Assembly (NCBI GenBank): GCA_965216465.1
Contig: CBDCFW010000005.1
Coordinates: 576,001-640,000 of the forward strand
Direction of reading: 5' to 3'
Length of the DNA: 64,000 nt
From: Bacteroidia bacterium
GTDB lineage: Bacteria; Bacteroidota; Bacteroidia; NS11-12g; UBA9320
Position 1 is the stretch's first letter. Each line of letters opens with the position of its first letter. The notes beneath the pieces were generated by a model. It did no database searches, had not been told where the DNA came from, and worked only from the letters and a program-made list of their open reading frames with translations. A program made the position numbers and the translations under genes. Positions 49,576-58,625 of the stretch are shown here, piece by piece.

Positions 49576-52500
49576 ATGCGAGGCCTTCGTTTCATATATG
49601 TATTGACTTTTCTTTGGTTTTGTTCGCTACAACTTGGTGCACAAATTGAGTTGCCTGCCTTTCAAGAATTGCAAGTCAGCTCAGGAAATTGGGCAGGGAA
49701 ATTCAGCTTTAAAACACATTGCGTAACTAAAGATCAAGATGGTTTTTTATGGATCGGAACCGAGCAAGGTGCATTTCGATACGATGGCTATGAGCTCAAA
49801 GCTTACCGACACATCCCTGACGACTCTCAAAGCATTGCATCAAATTATGTTTTCGAAATACTCTGCGACCGAAATGGCGATCTTTGGTTTGGTACTCGAA
49901 ATGGTGTTTCATGCCTAAAAAAGGGAGAATCTAGCTTCTCTTCTTTTCTCTCATACAGAGCTGAGGGTAAAGTGAATTACATTGAAGATTTGGTTCAAGA
50001 TCAACATGGTACACTGTGGTTTGCTGGTACACAAGGACTATTCTCAAAGAAACCAGGGGATTCAATCCGGTTAATTGAAACTTTGAGTCAACCCGTTTTT
50101 TGTTTAACGATTCACCATAATAATTTATGGATGGGAGTTCGAGAAGGAATGCATATTCTTGACTTAAGCACTTACAAGCATCGATTTCAAAAAGTATCAA
50201 AGGAAGTATTTAATGGCTTAATGCCAGATGTATTAGATATTCTAGCATGGAATGACAATCTATTTTATTTGGCTTCCTATGCTGGTGTTGTTCAATTTGA
50301 TCTTTCTACAACCACATTTGAACTTCTTCCTATACACAAGCATCCAAACTTTGAACCCCAGCAACAAGTGGTTGGTAAGGTAGCCAATTTAGTCATGGAT
50401 TTGGACCGCTTAGGAGATGAGCTATGGGTGGCTTATAGATTTCTGGGCGTCACTGCCTATAATCCTGAAACTAAGAATAACAAAGCTTATACGCATAACA
50501 TTACAGATAAACACAGCCTTCTAAGTGACCGTACTTACTCGCTTTATACTAGCAATGATGGGTTAATCTGGATTTCTACTTTTAAAGGTATTCAGTCGTT
50601 TAACCCCAAAAGGCTCATGTATAATTTTGTGTTGAAATCTGGTCATTTAGATAAAGAAAACTTTGTTTCAAACCTTACCATCACCAATGACAATCACTGT
50701 TGGATAGGGACTGCTCAAGGTTTTTATAGTTCTCCAAGCTTAGGCAAACCTGCTACTAAATGGATTCATGGAGGTTCATCAGCAAATCGTTTGCGAACCA
50801 AAGACGCCAATGTGTATGTAGAAGACCATCATGGAAACCTGTGGATTGGTGGCAACCGTCAAGGACTTTTCGTGATAGGAAAGGATCGAACAACTGGAAG
50901 ACGATTAAACTTGGGCAAGTCTGAAGAAGGTTGGGTTATACATCAAATGGAAATAAATCCAACAGATCCTTCAGAGCTGTGGATGGCCAGTAACGCAGGT
51001 CTCTATTGCTTAAATATGGATACTAAAGAATGGAAGCCTTTTTTAAACACTTCTGAGATACTCTCTGCACGCCAATCCTTCTTTTGCATAGATAGCAAGG
51101 GCCTAATTTACGGTCAAAGCAATGGCCAAGTCTACACCTATCAGCCAGAAAATGGCACGCTAAAAATCTATGACAATTTACTTCCAGTTGGGCAAACGTA
51201 TGGAGTAGAATTGGGTCAAGAGGGTATTATTTGGGTTGCTCATGCCAATGGTCTGCTTAAGGTTAATCTAAGCGAGAACAGAATCTCTAACCTATTTGAT
51301 TCTTTAGAGTTGGTACCCCAAGATGTATTTGGATTGTATGTAGATGGATCAAAGCTTTGGTTTACGACCAAAAGAAGCATAAACAGACTTGGTACCGAAA
51401 GTATGGAGCTTGAGCAATTCAGAGTTCCACCTTCGAGCTACCAACGCTTCTATAAAAATGCTATTGTGAAACATAATAACCTAATGCTGTTTGGCGGAAT
51501 AGATGGGATTACAGCACTAAATATTCATCGCATAAAACACGCCCCTAATGGCCGAAAAGTGAAACTAATTGAGGCTTTTGCTGGAGAATCAAAACTTAAT
51601 TTATTCGAAAATTCACACACATTTAAAGCGACTGACAATAACATTAAAGTACGTTTTAGCTCTTTAGATTTTACAGGAATAGAAAACAGAAATTACGCTT
51701 ACCGGCTAGTAGGATTAGCAGACGAATGGATAGAAACTGACTTACCAGAGATTAGTTTTTACCAACTACCAGCGGGAAAATATCACTTTGAAGTAAAAAC
51801 AACTGGATCAGAACAAGTAAGCAGAATAGATTTTGAAATACAACAAGTGTTTTGGCGAACTCCACTATTTTATGGGATAATACTTGTTTTAATACTCATC
51901 GTTTCGTTGATCTTTTGGCGTCTGTATCAAGCTCAACTCGATCAGCGACAGCAACGTGAAATGGCTGAGCAACGTATGCTTTATAAATCCAAGTTTCTGG
52001 CTAATATGAGTCATGAAATTCGTACTCCACTAAATGCCATAATTGGCATGAATAAATTGTTGGGTAAAACTTCACTAAGTAGCGAACAAAACCGCTGGGT
52101 ATCGGCTATGGACAAATCATCCGAACAGTTGTTAAGAATGGTAAATGACATTCTCGATCAGGAGCGAATTGAACGAGGGATCTACAACTTTGAACAATCA
52201 AGATTTACATTTGAAGAAGTGTTAAAAAACTTCTCCGATACCTTTACACCAAAAGCCTTAGCAAAAGGCATCAATCTCAGCATCAAAGTCGATCCAGTTG
52301 TTCCTTCGCACTTGGTTGGTGACCCCCAACGACTATTACAGGTTTTGAATAATTTGGGAAGCAATGCGATTAAATTTACTGACTCAGGTAAGGTAAGCCT
52401 AGCAGTAAATGTTAAGTCCATATCAGCATCCACTGCTCATCTCATTTTCACTGTTTCTGACACAGGTAGAGGTATCCACCCAGCCAAACAAAACAGGATA

Positions 52501-53094
52501 TTTGAGAGCTTCGAACAGGCACGAGGTGTAGACAGAGAATTGGAGCATGGAGTTGGTTTGGGATTGTCTATTGCCAAGCAAATAGTGGAACAGCAAGGAG
52601 GGCAGATAACAGTTGAAAGTAAACTAAACCAGGGTTCTATTTTCAGTTTTATCTTAGAATTTGGTTTGGAAGAAGAATCTAATTCTGAGGGAAATAATGC
52701 TGCTCCTCACACCGACCAAAGAGGAACAAAACACTTCCTATTGGTCGAAGACATGGAGTTGAATAGTATGTTGGCAGCAGAGCTTCTGAAGCACAACTTT
52801 TCTGACTTAACTTTGGATTTCGCAGAGAATGGCGAAATAGCCGTCGAAATGGTCAATTCTAACAACTATGACCTTGTGCTAATGGATGTTAAAATGCCTG
52901 TAATGGATGGCTATGAAGCAACTCAAATTCTAAGAAATTCATACACCAAATCTGAACTTCCCATAATTGCAATGACTGCAAATGCTGTAAAAGAGCAAAT
53001 AAATAAATGTATTTCTGTTGGAATGAATAGCGTGGTAACCAAACCTATAGACGAAACTGAATTAGTTAGACAAATTAACGATGTACTGCAATGA
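49576..53094 (+). CDS. Hybrid sensor histidine kinase (propeller, Y_Y_Y, TM, HisKA, HATPase, REC)
   Basis: GFLWIGT repeats, YAYRLVG, MSHEIRTPLN, NLGSNAIKFT, DTGRGI, GVGLGL, LMDVKMP. Confidence 0.95.
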   Translation: MRGLRFIYVLTFLWFCSLQLGAQIELPAFQELQVSSGNWAGKFSFKTHCVTKDQDGFLWIGTEQGAFRYDGYELKAYRHIPDDSQSIASNYVFEILCDRNGDLWFGTRNGVSCLKKGESSFSSFLSYRAEGKVNYIEDLVQDQHGTLWFAGTQGLFSKKPGDSIRLIETLSQPVFCLTIHHNNLWMGVREGMHILDLSTYKHRFQKVSKEVFNGLMPDVLDILAWNDNLFYLASYAGVVQFDLSTTTFELLPIHKHPNFEPQQQVVGKVANLVMDLDRLGDELWVAYRFLGVTAYNPETKNNKAYTHNITDKHSLLSDRTYSLYTSNDGLIWISTFKGIQSFNPKRLMYNFVLKSGHLDKENFVSNLTITNDNHCWIGTAQGFYSSPSLGKPATKWIHGGSSANRLRTKDANVYVEDHHGNLWIGGNRQGLFVIGKDRTTGRRLNLGKSEEGWVIHQMEINPTDPSELWMASNAGLYCLNMDTKEWKPFLNTSEILSARQSFFCIDSKGLIYGQSNGQVYTYQPENGTLKIYDNLLPVGQTYGVELGQEGIIWVAHANGLLKVNLSENRISNLFDSLELVPQDVFGLYVDGSKLWFTTKRSINRLGTESMELEQFRVPPSSYQRFYKNAIVKHNNLMLFGGIDGITALNIHRIKHAPNGRKVKLIEAFAGESKLNLFENSHTFKATDNNIKVRFSSLDFTGIENRNYAYRLVGLADEWIETDLPEISFYQLPAGKYHFEVKTTGSEQVSRIDFEIQQVFWRTPLFYGIILVLILIVSLIFWRLYQAQLDQRQQREMAEQRMLYKSKFLANMSHEIRTPLNAIIGMNKLLGKTSLSSEQNRWVSAMDKSSEQLLRMVNDILDQERIERGIYNFEQSRFTFEEVLKNFSDTFTPKALAKGINLSIKVDPVVPSHLVGDPQRLLQVLNNLGSNAIKFTDSGKVSLAVNVKSISASTAHLIFTVSDTGRGIHPAKQNRIFESFEQARGVDRELEHGVGLGLSIAKQIVEQQGGQITVESKLNQGSIFSFILEFGLEEESNSEGNNAAPHTDQRGTKHFLLVEDMELNSMLAAELLKHNFSDLTLDFAENGEIAVEMVNSNNYDLVLMDVKMPVMDGYEATQILRNSYTKSELPIIAMTANAVKEQINKCISVGMNSVVTKPIDETELVRQINDVLQ

Positions 53095-53414
53095 CAATTG
53101 ATCGACAAAAATTAGAAGCTATGCTCGGCAATTCTTCGAAAGTTGATGCATTTATTGCTTTGTTCAAAAAAGAGAGCAGATTGCTTATAACCAGCATCAA
53201 CAAAGCATGGTCTGATGGTGACATTAGTACTGTAAATCGATGTGCTCATAGTCTTAAAAACCACTTCAATTATGTTGGGTTTGATCAATGGTCAACACAA
53301 TGTAGAATTGTTGAGGAGCTTTCAGAAAACGGTCACAAATCTGACCAATTGAAAGTTAAAATTGAAACATTAATCACCTCGCTGAATGCGAACCTAGCCA
53401 CGTTTGATGACTAA
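53091..53414 (+). CDS. Hpt (histidine phosphotransfer) protein
   Basis: Helical protein with RCAHSLKN motif; ATGA overlap with the kinase. Confidence 0.85.
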   Translation: MTIDRQKLEAMLGNSSKVDAFIALFKKESRLLITSINKAWSDGDISTVNRCAHSLKNHFNYVGFDQWSTQCRIVEELSENGHKSDQLKVKIETLITSLNANLATFDD

Positions 53415-54090
53415 CTGATAGCCTCTTCCGTGCACATTTTTTATTTGAACATTAGAATCCTTACCGAGATAAGTTCGAAGCTTGCTGATATAAACAGTCA
53501 AACTTCGACCTCGAATGGCATGGGTGTCATCCCAAACTGATTTTAACACCTTTTCTTGATGAATAACTCCATCAGGTGATTTAAGCAGCTCTAGGAGCAA
53601 TTTGCTTTCGGTCGTGGTTAATTCACGGCTTTCATTCTCAAAACTAAGCTCGCGGCTCGCCACATTGAATTGATAATTACCTAACTCATAAGTTTCTTGG
53701 CTTGCTCTATTAGCCATCTTACCACTGCGTTTTAAGAGATTTTGAATCCTCAGATAAAGCTCCTGCATACTATATGGCTTGGTCAAATAGTCATCTGCAC
53801 CTGTTTCTAAGCCTCTTATTCTTTGATTTTGTTCGCTTTCTCCAGTAACAAAAATGATTGGAATCTCCTCATCCATTCTACGTATTTCTTCAGCAGACTT
53901 AAAACCATCCTTAAATGGCATTTTAACATCAAGAATAATTACGTCAAATGATTCTTCCTTAAAGGCTAACATTCCAGACTCTCCGTCAGAACGATGTTTT
54001 ACATTCATGCCTTTGTCTTCTAAAAAATTCAACCACAAATGGGCTAAGCAGACGATCGTCATCAACAAAAAGTATACGCGGCCGAGTCAT
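53394..54090 (-). pseudogene. OmpR-family response regulator with a one-base frameshift near codon 22
   Basis: ATG 54090 gives MTRPRILFVDDDRLLSPFVVEF, then reads out of frame to a stop. Removing one T from the T6 tract (plus-strand A6, 54022-54027) joins it to LEDKGMNV...ILDVKMP...DDYLTKPY and the winged helix. Confidence 0.85.
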
Positions 54091-54174
54091 TAGTAAATAT
54101 CTGTAATTACGGCTCTAATTTAAGCCAATAATTGCAATACGACCGCATACTGAGTGCAAAGTTGACTTCTGAGA

Positions 54175-54241
54175 TTTTGACGCTTTTTGACACTCTTTAA
54201 GGTTTTTTAGTAACTCTCTGTATATCTGCTATTTAAGTTTG
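54175..54241 (+). promoter_or_regulatory. TTTTGAC direct repeat (10-bp period) plus -7 element
   Basis: TTTTGACGCTTTTTGAC at 54175-54191; TAAGTTTG at 54234-54241. Confidence 0.6.
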
Positions 54242-54261
54242 TTACAAATTCAGAAAGTCGT

Positions 54262-55749
54262 ATGAAAAAGAGCAAAATTCAACTTGTACTTGATCTCCAA
54301 AATTTATTACTTCTCATATCACTGAGCACTATCTTTCTGATTCTAGGAGTTTGCTCTGCTCAAGCTCAGGATACGCTCACCATTCATCAGAACGGCAATA
54401 TTCGAACACATACCGGAGCCAAAATTGGAATATACGGAAGCTTAGCTAACCATGGGACTTTCGGAAACATTGCAACGAGCAACGAAGGAGTCCTGTCTTT
54501 TCATGGTAATGCTCAACAGTGGATTGGGGGAGATTCACTTATACAGTTTGACAGCATTTGGTTGGATATGCTAGAAATAAATCTTCAACAAGAACTTCGA
54601 GTCGAGCACTATCTTGACTTTGACTCAGGTACAATTAGAACTAACCGCTCGGATAGCAATTTATACTTTGTTCATTTTCTTCCAGGCTCTGACCATGGAA
54701 GCTCTAGCAATGCAAGCTTTGTAGATGGAACCATAAGAAAAACAGGCAATACGGCTTTCTTGTTCCCAACTGGTCAATACAATTCTAGACGTCACTTGAC
54801 AATATCAGCTCCAGGCAATATCACCGATGCATTTACAGCTTTCTATAGAGATGCTGACCCTACAAATCATGGCTATAATACTCAAGCCTTTGATAGTACA
54901 TGTGGAGGATCACCCGTTCTCGTAGATATAACCGAGGAAGAGTACTGGTTTCTTGAAGCTACTTCAGGAAGTTCAGCGGTGGAGGTCCGATTGAGCTATG
55001 ATAGTGCAAGTCAAGTGAATACTCCATCTGAACTGTTAGTGGTTCGATGGGACGGCAGTGAATGGGTAAGCGAAGGGAACGGAGGTGTTACAGGAACCAA
55101 TGTTAATGGAACTGTTGCTTCTGGAACCGGATGCGGCAGCCAAGGTACTCCAACATCGCTAAGTTCATTTGGAGCACTAACAATTGGCGGTTCAACATTA
55201 ACCGCAGTACCGATAGAGCTAGTCTCTTTTGACGTCCAAAAAACAGAGCCCAAGTATGCCCTTTTAGAATGGGTAACTGCCAGCGAAATAAACAACAGTC
55301 ACTTTGAAATTCAGCGTTCAAAAGATGGTATCAATTATAATGTAATTGGAGAGGTCTCGGGTGCAGGTACATCTTACGACTTAACGAATTATGACTATAT
55401 TGACTTCACTCCATTACAAGGCATAAACTACTACCGCTTGAAGCAGGTGGATTTTGATGGAAACTATTCCTACTCTGAAGTTAGATTGCTCAGATTCGAC
55501 GAAACAAAAGCTTCAATTCAAGCTTATCCAATACCGACTTCCAACTTTATTACTATTGACCTTGGCAGCATTCCCGATTTTCATGCTGACCATGAAATTC
55601 AGCTGACTAACCTCCAAGGTCAAGTAATTTATAGGACTACTATAGAAAGAGAAACCTTAGAAACCAGTTTAAATCTAACCTCCATAAGCTCAGGCATTTA
55701 CCTGTTAACCGTTAACAACCTACATCAAATCAAGATCATTAAAAACTAA
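54262..55749 (+). CDS. T9SS type A secreted protein of unknown function
   Basis: Signal peptide, FVDGTIRKTGNTAFLFPTG, VPIELVSF...WVTASEINNSHFEIQRS, YYRLKQVDFDG, AYPIPT...SGIYLL. Confidence 0.85.
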   Translation: MKKSKIQLVLDLQNLLLLISLSTIFLILGVCSAQAQDTLTIHQNGNIRTHTGAKIGIYGSLANHGTFGNIATSNEGVLSFHGNAQQWIGGDSLIQFDSIWLDMLEINLQQELRVEHYLDFDSGTIRTNRSDSNLYFVHFLPGSDHGSSSNASFVDGTIRKTGNTAFLFPTGQYNSRRHLTISAPGNITDAFTAFYRDADPTNHGYNTQAFDSTCGGSPVLVDITEEEYWFLEATSGSSAVEVRLSYDSASQVNTPSELLVVRWDGSEWVSEGNGGVTGTNVNGTVASGTGCGSQGTPTSLSSFGALTIGGSTLTAVPIELVSFDVQKTEPKYALLEWVTASEINNSHFEIQRSKDGINYNVIGEVSGAGTSYDLTNYDYIDFTPLQGINYYRLKQVDFDGNYSYSEVRLLRFDETKASIQAYPIPTSNFITIDLGSIPDFHADHEIQLTNLQGQVIYRTTIERETLETSLNLTSISSGIYLLTVNNLHQIKIIKN

Positions 55750-55765
55750 TCTCAAATTCACTATT

Positions 55766-58468
55766 ATGAAAAAATTATCGTTCAAGTTAACACTAATCAT
55801 CTTCATCATCTTTTGCGGAAGTCAAGCTTCTGCTCAAGTAAAAATTGGTGACAATGTCGATACAATTGATCCTAGCATTTTGTTAGAGCTTGAAAGCACT
55901 AACAAAGGGGTACTTCTGCCACGAATGACCAATACTCAAGCAGCTGCAATTTCGAGTCCACCTAACGGAATGATAGTCTACAGCACAACAGACAGTGGAT
56001 TTTATTATCACCACAATGGAGAATGGTACAGTCTTATTCAAAAATTAAGTTTGGTCAACGACACAATACACTTAAAACATGGAGACTATGTGGTTCTTGA
56101 CGACAACGACAGCACCAACGAATTACAACAGCTTAGCTTTTCGAATGACAGTATATTTCTCAGCAACAATGGAGGTGCAGTGTACATAGGTTCAGCCGAA
56201 CGAATAAATGATTTACTTGATGGTTACAGTGACTCCACATCGTTATTTCTTGGTGATAGCGCTGGAGTAAATAACGTAGGCACAGCTAACTATAATACAG
56301 CTGTAGGACTTTCTGCTTTACACCAAAACACGACAGGACTAGAGCTTGTGGCTCTTGGCCACGGAGCACTTCGTTCAAACACATCTGGTATTAGCAGCAC
56401 AGCGGTCGGTTTTGAAGCCCTAGAAAATAATTCGACTGGAGGGCTAAACACAGCCATCGGGAACCAAGCTCTAAGAAATAACAACACCGGTCAATTCAAT
56501 ACTGCAACAGGCCATCAAAGTATGTACAACAACACGATCGGTCAAAACAATGCAGCATTTGGTTTGCAAGCTATGTACTCGAACACAAGCGGACAACGAA
56601 ATTCGGCTTTAGGTGCATTGGCCATGTATTCTAACTCCTCCGGATCTGACAATACCGCAATCGGATATTACTCCATGGCATTTAACTCAACAGGATTGAG
56701 CAACACCGCAGTTGGAAGTTATGCCTTGTATTCAAACACCACTGGATCTGGCAACGTTGGACTAGGCTACTATGCCATGTATGCAAACACTACTGGTACC
56801 AGTAATACAGCGTTAGGGAACTTTGCATTGAGAACAAATACAACCGCATCTGACAATACTGCTGTAGGCGATTCTGCTTTGAAAAACAACACTTCAGGAA
56901 TTAGAAACTCTGCTGTTGGTGCCGATGCACTCAAGAATAATACTTCGGGTACTGAAGGTGCAGCTTTGGGTGTAAGAAGCCTTGAGTCAAATACCATTGG
57001 AAACTGGAACACAGCCCTAGGTTATGAAGCGTTGAACGCCAATACTTCAGGCAATGGAAATACAGCGGTAGGACACCAAGCTTTGTTTAACAATGTTTCT
57101 GGCCTTAACAATGTCGCTATTGGTAAAGAAGCATTACATGGACTTACATCAGGCAGCTCAAATGTAGGTATAGGAAAGTCTGCACTGGAAGATGCAACTT
57201 CAGCATCATTCAATGTCGCTCTTGGATTTTATGCCATGAGAAAAACGACCACAGGCGGCAAAAATGTCGGATTAGGTTATTACTCGCTTAGTGAAAACAC
57301 AACAGGTTATGAAAATACGGCAGTAGGATATCTGGCCATGGAAAGTAACCTAGCAGGTTTTCAAAACACCGCATTTGGGCATGGGGCATTGAAGGACAAT
57401 TTATCGGGGGAGTTGAACACGGCTGTGGGACACAATGCTGGAGCCAATTTAACCCATGCAGATTACAATGTAGCCCTAGGTTCAGAAGCTCTATATACAG
57501 CGACAACTGCTTCAAGCTCAGTTGCAGTGGGATATAGAGCACTTTACTCGGTTACAACAGGGATTAACAATGTAGCTGTTGGTCGAGAGGCCTTAGAAAG
57601 TGTTACAACCGGCCTTGGAAATGTTTCTATGGGTCGAAATTCAGCGAACAATACCACCACTGGAAATTATAATTCAGCATACGGTTATGGTGCATTGGAA
57701 GCTAACACCACTGGATCGTATAACGTAGCTCTGGGCTTTGAAGCATTAAAAACAAGCACGGCTTCGCATGCAGTTGCTATTGGAGGAAATGCACTAGAAA
57801 GCAACACCTCAGGCGACGATAATGTCGCAGTTGGCTATAACAGCTTGATTAATAATACGACAGGAAGCGACAACACAGCGGTTGGTGACAATGCAGGATT
57901 GAACGGAACCGGTCATACCTATTGCACTTTTATCGGTCGATCTGCTAGTGCCTCAGGTGGAAGTAACTATACCAACAGCATGGCTTTAGGATACAATACA
58001 CTGGTAGGTAGTAGCAACACAGTTAGAATTGGAAATTCATCGATTACTTCAATCGGAGGATTTGCCTCGTGGTCAAATTTAAGTGATGCTCGGTTTAAGC
58101 GTAATGTGCAGGAAAATGTTTCGGGTTTAGACTTTATAATGAAACTACGCCCTGTCACTTATACTTTGGATGTAGAAGCCGTAAATCGTCATATTGGAGC
58201 TGTTGATAGTTCAGAAAATATTTCAGAAAGTGCAGAGATGGTTCGTACCGGATTCTTAGCACAAGAAGTGGAAGCAGCAGCTAATTCTTTAGATTATGAT
58301 TTCAGTGGTGTACACAAGCCTCAAGGAGAAAACGACCATTATGCACTCCGATATGCCGAATTTGTAGTTCCCTTGGTTAAAGCAATGCAAGAACAACAAA
58401 AACAAATTGAAGCACTGCAGGCAGAACTGAACGCTCTAAAGAACCAGATAGAGGCCGCTGAGTTATAA
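55766..58468 (+). CDS. Trimeric fibre/adhesin-like protein: ~14-aa head repeats plus peptidase S74 intramolecular chaperone
   Basis: Signal peptide, LELESTNKGVLLPRMT, dozens of NTAVGxxALxxNTTG-type repeats, SDARFKRNV, LRPVTY, GFLAQEVE, terminal coiled coil. Confidence 0.88.
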   Translation: MKKLSFKLTLIIFIIFCGSQASAQVKIGDNVDTIDPSILLELESTNKGVLLPRMTNTQAAAISSPPNGMIVYSTTDSGFYYHHNGEWYSLIQKLSLVNDTIHLKHGDYVVLDDNDSTNELQQLSFSNDSIFLSNNGGAVYIGSAERINDLLDGYSDSTSLFLGDSAGVNNVGTANYNTAVGLSALHQNTTGLELVALGHGALRSNTSGISSTAVGFEALENNSTGGLNTAIGNQALRNNNTGQFNTATGHQSMYNNTIGQNNAAFGLQAMYSNTSGQRNSALGALAMYSNSSGSDNTAIGYYSMAFNSTGLSNTAVGSYALYSNTTGSGNVGLGYYAMYANTTGTSNTALGNFALRTNTTASDNTAVGDSALKNNTSGIRNSAVGADALKNNTSGTEGAALGVRSLESNTIGNWNTALGYEALNANTSGNGNTAVGHQALFNNVSGLNNVAIGKEALHGLTSGSSNVGIGKSALEDATSASFNVALGFYAMRKTTTGGKNVGLGYYSLSENTTGYENTAVGYLAMESNLAGFQNTAFGHGALKDNLSGELNTAVGHNAGANLTHADYNVALGSEALYTATTASSSVAVGYRALYSVTTGINNVAVGREALESVTTGLGNVSMGRNSANNTTTGNYNSAYGYGALEANTTGSYNVALGFEALKTSTASHAVAIGGNALESNTSGDDNVAVGYNSLINNTTGSDNTAVGDNAGLNGTGHTYCTFIGRSASASGGSNYTNSMALGYNTLVGSSNTVRIGNSSITSIGGFASWSNLSDARFKRNVQENVSGLDFIMKLRPVTYTLDVEAVNRHIGAVDSSENISESAEMVRTGFLAQEVEAAANSLDYDFSGVHKPQGENDHYALRYAEFVVPLVKAMQEQQKQIEALQAELNALKNQIEAAEL

Positions 58469-58625
58469 GACATTAAGTAGGCTCTGGCATTGTGCCGGAA
58501 CTTCACTCCTATTTACCTTTGTAATTTACCTTAGCACAGAAGGTGTATATACTACGGAAAACAAAAGTTGATGAGATATTAACCATCTATTCATCCAACT
58601 TTATTTTTGTTAAACCAATACACCT

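Noticed and set aside
32479-54230. Loose recurring intergenic TAAC-N3/4-TG-W-rich motif (near 32479, 44380, 54210)
   Set aside because: Too degenerate to support by eye; resembles generic IHF-like AT-rich sites.
56280-57990. ~42-bp periodicity suggesting a CRISPR or tandem DNA array
   Set aside because: Degenerate at DNA level and explained by 14-aa protein repeats; no cas genes.
55766-58468. Prophage tail fibre
   Set aside because: Has a Sec signal peptide and no phage structural, replication or integrase genes nearby.
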